This document shows, in pieces, positions 50,067 to 58,938 of a DNA stretch of 64,000 bases (the first letter of the stretch is position 1; every line of letters begins with the position of its first letter). Below the pieces are notes generated by a model. The model was given only the letters and a program-made list of their open reading frames with translations, searched no databases and was not told the origin of the DNA. The translations under genes were made by a program, and so were the position numbers. The DNA is from an uncultured Gammaproteobacteria bacterium. GTDB taxonomy: Bacteria > Patescibacteriota > Microgenomatia > UBA12405. Location of the stretch: positions 10,823 to 74,822 of the forward strand of contig CAYPBP010000001.1 of NCBI GenBank assembly GCA_964408995.1, read 5' to 3'.

Positions 50067-50249
50067 ATGACCAAATTCAGAAAAGTCACAACGGCCTTAA
50101 ACAAATCAGGTAAAAAAACCCTAAAAGAAATTGCAAATGAAACAGGCCTGAGTGAAGAAGCGGTTAATGATGTTATTTTAAAACACCAAGACATTATCGA
50201 ATCCAAACAAAACGGAATATATTTTTACTCATACCAATACCCCTCTTAA
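50067..50249 (+). CDS. small winged-helix-like protein, tandem paralogue 3
   Basis: 60 aa; RBS ggagg; HTH-like TLKEIANETGLSEEAVNDVILKH. Confidence 0.4.
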   Translation: MTKFRKVTTALNKSGKKTLKEIANETGLSEEAVNDVILKHQDIIESKQNGIYFYSYQYPS

Positions 50250-50272
50250 AAACCCTTTTCCTTTAAAATAGT

Positions 50273-50328
50273 CGCCGGCAGGATATTGTAAATAATTTAT
50301 TATTTATCTCTATCTCTGCCGGTTTTTT
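50273..50328 (+). terminator. putative rho-independent terminator after the mini-WH operon
   Basis: cgccggcag ... ctgccgg stem followed by tttttt (50323..50328); loop is long (~30 nt). Confidence 0.4.
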
Positions 50329-50410
50329 CGTATTTTTAGGTCTAAATTTGAAATGTAATGCCAAATTTTGCCTAAAAATACAATCCCGCAACTGCGGGAT
50401 GATATCCTCT

Positions 50411-50440
50411 CTCTAAAGTTCTAACCATCTAAAGTTCTAT
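50411..50440. repeat. degenerate period-8 array (tctaaagt/tctaacca/tctaaagt/tctattat) immediately upstream of ugd
   Basis: ctctaaagttctaaccatctaaagttctat; GC hairpin cccgcaactgcggg just upstream at 50385..50398. Confidence 0.6.
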
Positions 50441-50459
50441 TATGCTTTATAATATTCCT

Positions 50460-51755
50460 ATGAACAAAATAACAGTTATTGGAGTTGGTTATGTAGGTTT
50501 AGTTACTAGTACTTGTTTTGCCGAACTCGGCAATCAAGTCATTGGTGTTGATATTGATCAAAACAAAATTGACAATTTAAACAAAGGTATTATTCCAATC
50601 TACGAAGAAGACTTAACAGATTTAGTTGTCAAAAATCATAAATCTGGAAACTTATCTTTTACTACTGATATTTCTAAAGCTGTTAAAGAATCAGAAATCA
50701 TTTTTATTGCTGTTGGTACTCCACCAATGCCCGATGGCAGTGTTAATTTGGAATATGTTAAAGCTGTGGCCCAATCTATTGGCAAAAATATGAACGGTTA
50801 TAAAGTGATTATCAACAAATCTACTGTTCCTATTGGCACCGGTAACATTGTTAAAACCATTATTAATGAAAACTATAAAGGCAAATTCGATGTTGTTTCT
50901 AATCCAGAATTTTTAAGAGAGGGGAGTGCTGTCTATGATTTTATGAACCCTGATCGAATTATTGTTGGCACTGATTCGCCAAAAGCTCAAAAAATAATAA
51001 ATGATTTATATGCTCCTCAAAATTCAACTATTGTTAATACCGACATCAAAACAGCTGAACTAATTAAATATGCTTCTAATGCCTTTCTGGCCACTGAAAT
51101 CTCCTTTATAAATTCTATTGCTAATATCTGTGAAAAAATTGGAGCTGATGTCAATGATGTTTCCCAAGGTATGAAACTTGATAATCGAATTGGTAAAAAA
51201 GCTTTTTTAAGTGCTGGAATTGGTTATGGTGGTAGTTGTTTTCCAAAAGATGTTAAAGGCCTAATTCAAATTGCCCAAGAAAATGGTGTTCCTTTTAGTA
51301 TTCTTGATGCTGTGGAAGACACTAATTTAGCTCAAAAACAATCTTTATTACCTAAGATCCAATCTCTTTTAGGTCAAGATTTAAACGATAAAAATATTAC
51401 TATTTGGGGATTAGCTTTTAAACCAAATACTGATGATATGCGTGAAGCTCCATCATTGGTTGTCATTAAACAACTCTTAGATCGCAATGCCAATATCACT
51501 GTAGTTGATAAAGTCGCTACCAATCAAGCTAAATTAATTTTAAAAAATACTGTAAATTATGAAACTGATTTAATCAAATCGGTCACCAATGCTGATTGTT
51601 TAGTTATTGCTACCGAATGGGAAGAATTTAAAAATGTTGATTTAAAACAAATTAAAAAATCAATAAAAAAAGCAAATGTTGTTGACGGCCGAAATATTTT
51701 TGACAAAAAAGAAATGAAAAAACTAGGCTTTAAATATATTTCTGTTGGTAGATAA
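50460..51755 (+). CDS. ugd: UDP-glucose 6-dehydrogenase
   Basis: MNKITVIGVGYVGLVTSTCFAELG NAD-binding N-terminus; GYGGSCFPKD catalytic Cys motif; track start 50442 is 6 codons upstream. Confidence 0.8.
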   Translation: MNKITVIGVGYVGLVTSTCFAELGNQVIGVDIDQNKIDNLNKGIIPIYEEDLTDLVVKNHKSGNLSFTTDISKAVKESEIIFIAVGTPPMPDGSVNLEYVKAVAQSIGKNMNGYKVIINKSTVPIGTGNIVKTIINENYKGKFDVVSNPEFLREGSAVYDFMNPDRIIVGTDSPKAQKIINDLYAPQNSTIVNTDIKTAELIKYASNAFLATEISFINSIANICEKIGADVNDVSQGMKLDNRIGKKAFLSAGIGYGGSCFPKDVKGLIQIAQENGVPFSILDAVEDTNLAQKQSLLPKIQSLLGQDLNDKNITIWGLAFKPNTDDMREAPSLVVIKQLLDRNANITVVDKVATNQAKLILKNTVNYETDLIKSVTNADCLVIATEWEEFKNVDLKQIKKSIKKANVVDGRNIFDKKEMKKLGFKYISVGR

Positions 51756-51854
51756 AAATAAAAACCTCTTTGTCTCACTTCATTCGACATCTCCCCTTAA
51801 AAAAGGGAGATAAAAAAATAATTTACAGATTTGGGTTTTATTCGGTTTTAGTCA

Positions 51855-51882
51855 TTGACAAGACTAACTAGTCGAGTATTAT
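51855..51882 (+). promoter_or_regulatory. sigma70-like promoter TTGACA-16-TATTAT, 6 nt upstream of RhuM-like gene start
   Basis: ttcggttttagtcaTTGACAagactaactagtcgagTATTATtttgatATG; conserved with the minus-strand copy at 29404..29448. Confidence 0.45.
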
Positions 51883-51888
51883 TTTGAT

Positions 51889-52932
51889 ATGAACAATAAA
51901 AAATTAATCATTCCGGAAAATTCTTTTACAGAATTTCTCTTATATACCACTCCAAATGAAAAAGTAAAAGTTGAAATCTTTTTACATAATGAAAATATCT
52001 GGCTTACTCAAGAAAAAATTGCTGGACTTTTTGATATAGAAAGAAGTGTTGTTACTAAACATCTACAAAATATTTATAAAGATAATGAACTTGATAAAAA
52101 ATCAACATGTGCAAAAATTGCACAAGTTCAAGTTGAAGGACAAAGAAAAGTTACTAGAAATATTGAATTTTATAATCTAGATGCAATTATTTCTGTTGGA
52201 TATAGAGTAAATAGTAAAAAAGCCACACTTTTTCGTATTTGGGCAACAGAAAGACTTAAAGAATATATTATTAAAGGTTTCACCATGGATGATGAAAGAC
52301 TAAAAAATCCTAATAATTTTTTTGGGCAAGATTACTTTGAAGAACAACTCGCCAGAATTAGAAATATTAGATCCAGTGAAAGACGTATGTATTTAAAAAT
52401 CACTGATATTTATGCTCAATGTAGTGCTGATTATTCACCAGAGAGTGAAATTACTAAACAATTTTTTGCAACCGTTCAAAACAAACTACATTTTGCTATT
52501 ACTGGAAAAACAGCAGCTGAGATTATTTCCCAAAGGGCAAATAATAAAAAAGTAAACATGGGTTTAACTGTTTGGAAAAATTCACCAAAAGGTATTATAC
52601 GTGAATCTGATGTTGTTGTTGCTAAAAATTATTTAAACGAAAAAGAACTTGACCAACTCAACCGCATTGTGACAATGTATCTTGATTATGCTGAAATGCA
52701 AGCCCAAAAAGGAATCATTATGTATATGAAAGATTGGATATCAAAGCTTAATGCTTTTCTAAAATTTAATGAACAAGAAATATTAAAAAACACTGGCAAT
52801 ATAAGTCATGAGGTTGCCCAAGCGTTAGCTTTAAAAGAGTATGAAAAATATAGAATACAACAAGATAAAAACTATATCTCTGATTTTGAAATTGCAGTAA
52901 AAAAACTTTTAGAAAAAAACAAAAATGAATAA
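51889..52932 (+). CDS. RhuM-family protein (PF13310-like)
   Basis: EIFLHNENIWLTQEKIAGLFD...YNLDAIISVGYRVNSKKATLFRIWATERLKEYIIKGF signature. Confidence 0.6.
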   Translation: MNNKKLIIPENSFTEFLLYTTPNEKVKVEIFLHNENIWLTQEKIAGLFDIERSVVTKHLQNIYKDNELDKKSTCAKIAQVQVEGQRKVTRNIEFYNLDAIISVGYRVNSKKATLFRIWATERLKEYIIKGFTMDDERLKNPNNFFGQDYFEEQLARIRNIRSSERRMYLKITDIYAQCSADYSPESEITKQFFATVQNKLHFAITGKTAAEIISQRANNKKVNMGLTVWKNSPKGIIRESDVVVAKNYLNEKELDQLNRIVTMYLDYAEMQAQKGIIMYMKDWISKLNAFLKFNEQEILKNTGNISHEVAQALALKEYEKYRIQQDKNYISDFEIAVKKLLEKNKNE

Positions 52933-53746
52933 TAACCATCTAGCCATTTTTAAAGGCAAAAAAATTAGAAGAACAATTTATTTAAATGAGTGGTATTTCT
53001 CAGTTGTGGATGTGATTGAAGCACTCACTAATAGTGTTAATCCTAACGACTATTGGTTTAAAATGAAAATACGAGTTAAAAACGATGATGGATTTCAGTT
53101 ATCGACAATTTGTCGACAACTGAAACTTGAATCATCTGATGGGAAAAAATACTCAACTGATTGTGCCAATACAGAAGGAATATTTAGAATTATTCAATCA
53201 ATTCCATCGCCAAAAGCCGAACCATTCAAACTTTGGTTAGCCAGAGTTGGTTATGAACGAGTTCAAGAAATTGAAGATCCAGAGTTAGCTACCAAAAGAA
53301 CAAGAGCCTTATATAAAGCCAAAGGTTATCCAGACTCTTGGATTGAAAAACGAATGCGAGGAATTGAAGTTAGGGAAACCCTAACTGATGAATGGAAAAA
53401 AAGAGATGTTGGTGGTGATCTTGAATATGCCATATTGACAGCCGAAATTTCTAAAGCCACTTTTGGAATGACACCATCTGAATATAAAGAATTCAAAGGC
53501 ATTAAAAGAGAAAATCTTCGAGATCATATGAATGATTTAGAACTAATTTTTTCAATGCTAGGTGAAGCTTCAACTACTGAAATTGCCAAGAATAAAGACA
53601 CTAAAGGATTTGTGGAAAACAAACAAGTAGCTAAAGAAGGTGGCACTGTGGCTGGCCATGCCAGAAAAGAACTAGAGCAAAAAAGCGGAAAAAAAGTATC
53701 AACTAAAAAAAATTATTTATCAATAAACAAAAATTACCTGAAATAA
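52925..53746 (+). CDS. Bro-N domain protein with DinD-like C-terminal region, copy 2
   Basis: about 80% aa identity to 28573..29397 product; 8-nt overlap with RhuM-like gene. Confidence 0.6.
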   Translation: MNNNHLAIFKGKKIRRTIYLNEWYFSVVDVIEALTNSVNPNDYWFKMKIRVKNDDGFQLSTICRQLKLESSDGKKYSTDCANTEGIFRIIQSIPSPKAEPFKLWLARVGYERVQEIEDPELATKRTRALYKAKGYPDSWIEKRMRGIEVRETLTDEWKKRDVGGDLEYAILTAEISKATFGMTPSEYKEFKGIKRENLRDHMNDLELIFSMLGEASTTEIAKNKDTKGFVENKQVAKEGGTVAGHARKELEQKSGKKVSTKKNYLSINKNYLK

Positions 53747-53747
53747 T

Positions 53748-54998
53748 TTATTTAACAAAAGATTTTAGTCCAATCACCATTGCCACCAACACCACCAATT
53801 CGCTGATTATTAAACTTATTCCACCTTGGACAAATCCTAATTTTGGAACTAATAAATAATTAGTTGTCAAATTTACTATAGTTCCAATTAAAATTGCCCA
53901 AAAAATCATTTTTTGTTTATGTTTTATTAAAAGTAAATTCCCCACAAAAACTCTAAAATAATTAATTACTCCCGACCAAATTAAAAGACTCATAACTCCA
54001 GACGAAACTACAAAAGACTCTCCATAAATCAGTCTAATAATTAAATCTCTTTGCCAAGTTATCAATAAAGCCAAAGGAATTAACCCAACTAAAGACAAAG
54101 ATAAAACTATTTTCATCAATTTCTTAGCCGTTTCTAATTTATCTTGATGAAATAAAACTGTTAACCGAGGAAAAATCACATTGTTAATCACATTAATACT
54201 TTGAAAAGCAAAAAGTATTTTATAAGCAGTTTGATACCAACCAACTTGACTATTACCAAAATATCGACCAATCAATAAAGTGTCATTATTTGCATAAATC
54301 ACTGTCGCTATTGTTATCCCCAAAAGAGGCAAAGCTTCTATTATCAATTCTTTCCAAAAAACAAAATCAAAGGCTATTTTAATTTTAATTTTTAACAAAC
54401 TTGTTTGCCACATTCCCAAAAACATAGCTATTAAAGTTGCTATGCTATAACCCAAAGCCAAATGAATAGCTCTCCCATTGAAATTGACAATTAATAAAGC
54501 AGTTACCAAAAATCCTAAATAAAAAACCATTTGATTTAAAAAAACCATTTCCATTTTTTCCCAAGCCCTAAAAATTGATCCAAATAATCCCAAGAAACTT
54601 TGACTTAAACAAAAAACCAAAGTTAGTATTAATAGTTCTATTGAAACTGGTTTGTTAATAAACAAAAAAGAACTGGCAAATAATAAAACAACTAATAACG
54701 ACAAAGCCAACTTTAATCCAAGTAAATTATTTAAATATTTTTCACTTAAATCTTTATGCTTAGCAATATCCCTAATTGCTATCGTTGATAATCCAAAATC
54801 AGCTAAAACCACAAATAAAGACACATAAGCAAAAGCTAGATTATAAGCTCCAAATTCTTCTGGACCCCAAAATCTAACCAAAGCAACAATCACTACAAAC
54901 ATCAAGATCTTGGAAAAAAATTCCAAAGCACTTAACCAAAAAGTATTTTTGATTAGAATATGTTTGTTAGATAATTCTTTTTCAGTATTTAAAATCAT
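53748..54998 (-). CDS. wzx: polysaccharide flippase (Wzx/MOP superfamily)
   Basis: 416 aa; about 12 TM helices; N-terminal KNTFWLSALEFFSKILMFVVIVALVRFWGPEEFGAY typical of Wzx. Confidence 0.6.
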   Translation of the reverse strand: MILNTEKELSNKHILIKNTFWLSALEFFSKILMFVVIVALVRFWGPEEFGAYNLAFAYVSLFVVLADFGLSTIAIRDIAKHKDLSEKYLNNLLGLKLALSLLVVLLFASSFLFINKPVSIELLILTLVFCLSQSFLGLFGSIFRAWEKMEMVFLNQMVFYLGFLVTALLIVNFNGRAIHLALGYSIATLIAMFLGMWQTSLLKIKIKIAFDFVFWKELIIEALPLLGITIATVIYANNDTLLIGRYFGNSQVGWYQTAYKILFAFQSINVINNVIFPRLTVLFHQDKLETAKKLMKIVLSLSLVGLIPLALLITWQRDLIIRLIYGESFVVSSGVMSLLIWSGVINYFRVFVGNLLLIKHKQKMIFWAILIGTIVNLTTNYLLVPKLGFVQGGISLIISELVVLVAMVIGLKSFVK

Positions 54999-55966
54999 TT
55001 TTTAAATTGTTTATGCCAATTCCAAGCACTGCTGACAATGATTTCCAAATCAAAATACTTTGGCTCCCATTTTAAAACATTTTTAGCTTTGCTTGCGTCA
55101 GCAATTAATTCTGGTGGATCACCAGCCCTGCGATCTTTGGGAGTTACTTTAAAATCAATTTGAGTAACTTTTTTGGCCATATCAATTACTTCTTTGACAG
55201 AAAAGCCTTTACCGTTGCCCAAATTAAAACAATCACTTTGACCCCCGTCCATCAAATATTTCAAAGCCAACACATGAGCATCGGCCAAATCAGTCACATG
55301 GATATAATCACGAATACAAGTTCCATCTGGGGTTGGATAATCAGTTCCAAAAACTCCAATTTCTTCCCTGGCCCCAATAGCCGCATCTAGCACCAATGGA
55401 ATCAAATTTGAACTGCTTCCTTGCCATTCACCAGTTTCACCATCTAAATCAGCTCCACAAGCGTTGAAATATCTCAATGACACATACTTAAAACCATAAG
55501 CTGAAGAATAATCACGCATTATATGTTCTGTTATTAATTTAGTTTCGCCATATGGATTGATAGGGGATTGTGGGTGTTTTTCATCAAGAGGCATATATTG
55601 TGGTTCTCCATAAACTGCCGCTGATGAAGAAAAGATAAATTTATCCACCTTATTTTCCATCATCACCTTAAATAAATTCAAAGCGTTAGATACATTATTA
55701 ATATAATATTTTTGAGGATCAACTACCGATTCACCAACTGCTTTAAAAGCAGCAAAATGAAATACTGCTTCAATCGGATATTTTTTAAAAACTTCTCTAA
55801 TATTTTCAATATTTCCCAAATCACCTTCGAAAAATTCTCCCCATTTAACCAAATCTTTTTTACCCGAAGACAAGTTATCAAAAACAACTGTTTTGTAACC
55901 TTGTTTAGTCAGTTCTTTGTTAATATGAGAACCAATATATCCAGCTCCCCCTACAATTAAAATCAT
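54995..55966 (-). CDS. galE: UDP-glucose 4-epimerase
   Basis: MILIVGGAGYIGSH; YGETK catalytic motif; 323 aa. Confidence 0.8.
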   Translation of the reverse strand: MILIVGGAGYIGSHINKELTKQGYKTVVFDNLSSGKKDLVKWGEFFEGDLGNIENIREVFKKYPIEAVFHFAAFKAVGESVVDPQKYYINNVSNALNLFKVMMENKVDKFIFSSSAAVYGEPQYMPLDEKHPQSPINPYGETKLITEHIMRDYSSAYGFKYVSLRYFNACGADLDGETGEWQGSSSNLIPLVLDAAIGAREEIGVFGTDYPTPDGTCIRDYIHVTDLADAHVLALKYLMDGGQSDCFNLGNGKGFSVKEVIDMAKKVTQIDFKVTPKDRRAGDPPELIADASKAKNVLKWEPKYFDLEIIVSSAWNWHKQFKK

Positions 55967-56008
55967 ATTTAGTTTAATAGATAAATAGATAAATAGTTTA
56001 ATAGATAA

Positions 56009-56374
56009 TCAATAACTACAACTTTTTACCTTTGTTAATAATGAGTTTAACATTTTTGCTACTTCTATTGATAAATTAACAAGTCTTTCAAATTCATCAT
56101 TATTAATATATTCCAAATCTCTCGATAATTCTAAAAAATACTGTGTTTCAGACAAAGAACCTCTAGCCTGAACTAAAAACTGAGCAAATTCTTTGCTTGA
56201 TCTTCTGGCATTACCTTCTACAATATTTGCTGGAACAGAGCTAGAAGCTCTTCTTAATTGAGAAATAATTCCAAACAATTCATCTTTTGGATATGTTTTA
56301 GTAATTTTATACACCTCTAAAGTATACTCGTGGGCTTTTTTCCAAACTAATATATTATGGTACAACACAAACAA
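56009..56374 (-). CDS. four-helix-bundle protein (PF05635-like), copy 2; non-ATG (TTG/GTG) start
   Basis: ILVWKKAHEYTLEVYKIT...SQLRRASSSVPANIVEGNAR; no in-frame ATG near the N-terminus. Confidence 0.55.
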   Translation of the reverse strand: MFVLYHNILVWKKAHEYTLEVYKITKTYPKDELFGIISQLRRASSSVPANIVEGNARRSSKEFAQFLVQARGSLSETQYFLELSRDLEYINNDEFERLVNLSIEVAKMLNSLLTKVKSCSY

Positions 56375-56407
56375 TTCTACTACTCAACTACTTATCTAAT
56401 CAACTAC

Positions 56408-57511
56408 TTATCTAATCTCTTCCCATGGATACTCTTCATACCCAAAATGCCCATATTTAGCTGTGTTTTTATAGATTGGTCTTTTTAAATCAAATTTATC
56501 AATAATTCCTTTAACTGATAAATCCATTAAATTCCAAGCAAAATCATTAATTTCTGACAAATCTTTTTTGGATGTTCCAAAAGTTTCAATTGATTTACAA
56601 ATAAGATCCCGAAGACCAATTACATAGGCCAATTGCACTTCACATCTATCGGCCAACCCTGCTGCTACAATATTTTTAGCAATATATCTGGCTGCATAGG
56701 CTGCACTACGATCAACTTTTGTTGGATCTTTTCCCGAAAAACAACCACCACCAATTCTGCCCATGCCACCATAAGTATCCACCACAATTTTTCTACCAGT
56801 CACTCCCGTATCTGATGCTGGACCACCAATTTCCCAAGCCCCAGTTCCATTAAAAATAATTTCTTCTTCTGTTAACTTGTTTAGATTATATTTTTGCAAA
56901 ACTGGTAAAACAGCCAAATTATATAAATCAGATTTAACTTTTTCTTTATCAACTTGAGGATCAAATGGTTTGGCTAAAACTATTTTTTCAATTTTAGAAA
57001 CTTTACCATTTTCGTAACTAACACTTACTTCTGCTTTTCCATCCGGTCTTAAATAATTTAATTCACCAAATTGAAGTTCATCCATTTTTTTACAAAGTTC
57101 ATGAGACAAAACAATTGGCAAAGGCATTAGTTGTGGCGTTTCATTACAAGCATAACCAAACATCATTCCCTGATCTCCAGCTCCATCATTATCTGCACCA
57201 ATAGCAATATCTTTTGATTGCTGATGAACTAAAACCTCAATATCTGCACTTTCATCAAAATTTAAAATTGGATCTGTGTAACCAATTTCTTTAATTACTT
57301 TTTTAGCAATTTCAATATAATCCAAACTTTGACTACAAGTAACTTCACCTGCCATCACTATTTTATTAGTTGTTACTAAAGTTTCCAAAGCTACTCTAGC
57401 ATTTTTATCAACTATTAAAGCTGCATCTAGAACAGCATCTGAAATTTGATCCGAAACCTTATCTGGATGACCACAACACACTGACTCTGACGTAAATAGG
57501 AGATAATTCAT
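56408..57511 (-). CDS. metK: S-adenosylmethionine synthetase
   Basis: FTSESVCCGHPDKVSDQISDAVLDA, GDQGMMFGYA, GGGCFSGKDPTKVDRSAAYAARY motifs. Confidence 0.85.
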   Translation of the reverse strand: MNYLLFTSESVCCGHPDKVSDQISDAVLDAALIVDKNARVALETLVTTNKIVMAGEVTCSQSLDYIEIAKKVIKEIGYTDPILNFDESADIEVLVHQQSKDIAIGADNDGAGDQGMMFGYACNETPQLMPLPIVLSHELCKKMDELQFGELNYLRPDGKAEVSVSYENGKVSKIEKIVLAKPFDPQVDKEKVKSDLYNLAVLPVLQKYNLNKLTEEEIIFNGTGAWEIGGPASDTGVTGRKIVVDTYGGMGRIGGGCFSGKDPTKVDRSAAYAARYIAKNIVAAGLADRCEVQLAYVIGLRDLICKSIETFGTSKKDLSEINDFAWNLMDLSVKGIIDKFDLKRPIYKNTAKYGHFGYEEYPWEEIR

Positions 57512-57660
57512 TATTTTTCCTCCGTTTTAATTAATAAAGAGGCTTGTCTTTCTACTATTTAGTAGAAAAAAGCACCGCGAGTCTCGATTTATCGGACCTC
57601 GGTTGCTGCCCTGAAATTAATCAGGACTCTTAACAAAGCAAAGTTATTCTAGCAAAAAAA
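57512..57660 (-). promoter_or_regulatory. structured GC-enriched metK leader; candidate divergent SAM riboswitch (uncertain)
   Basis: minus-strand leader holds AAGAG ... CCUGA-UUAAUU-UCAGG hairpin ... GCAGCAACC ... bulged hairpin ... GCGGUGC ... CUACUAAAUAGUAG hairpin ... CUCUU; GCAACC and GGUGC islands recall SAM-I/IV but canonical GAGGGA/GGCCC is absent. Confidence 0.25.
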
Positions 57661-57714
57661 TAATTAATATTCCAACAATTAATTATAGATAACAAGTATA
57701 ATTAAGCTAATTAA

Positions 57715-58938
57715 ATGAAAATCTTATTATTAAGCCACATTTTTCCACCTGCAATTGATGGTGGTTCAAAAGTAATTTATAAACTTGGTCAATATTTTGA
57801 ATCTCAAGACCATCAAACCCTTTATCTTTCTTCCAATTGCACCAGCACCGACGATTTTGTTAAAGCAAAAAATTATCGACAATCTAACAGCAACGATCCA
57901 ACCTCTCTTTTAAAACTTCCTGTCTATCACCATCTTCGTCGTCCACTAAAATTTTTAAACTTATTTTTAAAAAAAGATCTATTAAAAGTTTTTCAAAAAG
58001 GCCCCATTTTTAAATTTATTCCATTTATAAAAGCCACTTATCAAGTAATAAAATTCAAACCCGATTTAATTGTTGCCGGACCACTTCCCACCACCATAGT
58101 CCTCTACGCCAGATTTTTCAAATTTATTTCTAAAGCTCTAACACTCAAAAGTTCTAAAGTTCTAATCAATTCTTCTTTCCATCAAACTGATCAAGACTTT
58201 CAACAAAAATCCTTAATCAAATCTCTTCAAAATGCTGATTATCTTTGGACCTTAACTCAATTTGAAACTGATTACTTTATTAAAAATTTTAAAATTAACC
58301 CTCAAAAAATAATCCTCGCCGGCAATGGCATAGATAATAACTTCTTAGTAAGGTGCCCTGTCAAGGGAAAGGTGGTACGAAGTACCAAAGGGTTTAATAT
58401 CTTGTTTATAGGAAGCCTTGCTGCCCATAAACGCGTAGATCTTCTTATCAAATCTTTTTCTAAAGTTCTAAAGCTCTACAGCTCTAACCCTCTAACTTTA
58501 ACCATCGCTGGTCAAAAAACCCTCTTTTATCCCCAAATACAAAAAACCATAAAGTCTCTTCCCAAAAATATTCAAAAACAAATAAAATTTATTTTTAATT
58601 TTAAAGAATCAGATTTAGCCAAATTAATCGATAATTGCGATATATTAGTTTTACCTTCAGTCCAAGAAAGTTTTGGTTTAGTTCTCGTCGAAGCCTGGGC
58701 CAGACAAAAACCAGTTATTACTAGTGACATTCCATCATTGAAAGAATTAGTTTCTAAGACTAAAGGGGGATTAACTTTTAAAACTGATAACCAAAAAGAT
58801 CTTAGTCAAACAATTATTAAACTAATTAACAACCAGAAACTTTGCCACCAATTGGGCCAAAATGCTTTTGAATATGTTAAAACTAATTATACTTGGAAAA
58901 AAGTAGGAGAAAAAATATGTCAAAAAATATTATCTTAA
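57715..58938 (+). CDS. glycosyltransferase family 4 (GT-B) carrying the 47-nt element and two period-8 arrays in-frame
   Basis: NGIDNNF ... FNILFIGSLAAHKRVDLL ... SVQESFGLVLVEAWARQKPVITSD motifs; 15 inserted residues VRCPVKGKVVRSTKG encoded by the element. Confidence 0.6.
   Translation: MKILLLSHIFPPAIDGGSKVIYKLGQYFESQDHQTLYLSSNCTSTDDFVKAKNYRQSNSNDPTSLLKLPVYHHLRRPLKFLNLFLKKDLLKVFQKGPIFKFIPFIKATYQVIKFKPDLIVAGPLPTTIVLYARFFKFISKALTLKSSKVLINSSFHQTDQDFQQKSLIKSLQNADYLWTLTQFETDYFIKNFKINPQKIILAGNGIDNNFLVRCPVKGKVVRSTKGFNILFIGSLAAHKRVDLLIKSFSKVLKLYSSNPLTLTIAGQKTLFYPQIQKTIKSLPKNIQKQIKFIFNFKESDLAKLIDNCDILVLPSVQESFGLVLVEAWARQKPVITSDIPSLKELVSKTKGGLTFKTDNQKDLSQTIIKLINNQKLCHQLGQNAFEYVKTNYTWKKVGEKICQKILS
58129..58168. 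repeat. degenerate period-8 array (tctaaagc/tctaacac/tcaaaagt/tctaaagt/tctaatca) inside GT4 coding sequence
   Basis: translated FISKALTLKSSKVLINSS. Confidence 0.65.
58350..58396. repeat. 47-nt GC-rich hairpin element, copy 2 (identical to 5648..5694), translated in a different frame
   Basis: aaggtgccctgtcaagggaaaggtggtacgaagtaccaaagggttta. Confidence 0.85.
58459..58498. repeat. degenerate period-8 array (tctaaagt/tctaaagc/tctacagc/tctaaccc/tctaactt) inside GT4 coding sequence
   Basis: translated SKVLKLYSSNPLTL; the 'tctaa' unit is read in all three frames. Confidence 0.65.

Noticed and set aside
51789-51816. Hairpin atctccc-cttaaaaaa-gggagat downstream of ugd as rho-independent terminator
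   Set aside because: The stem is good but it is followed by an A-run rather than a T-run on the coding strand. It is left uncalled; it may act bidirectionally or not at all.
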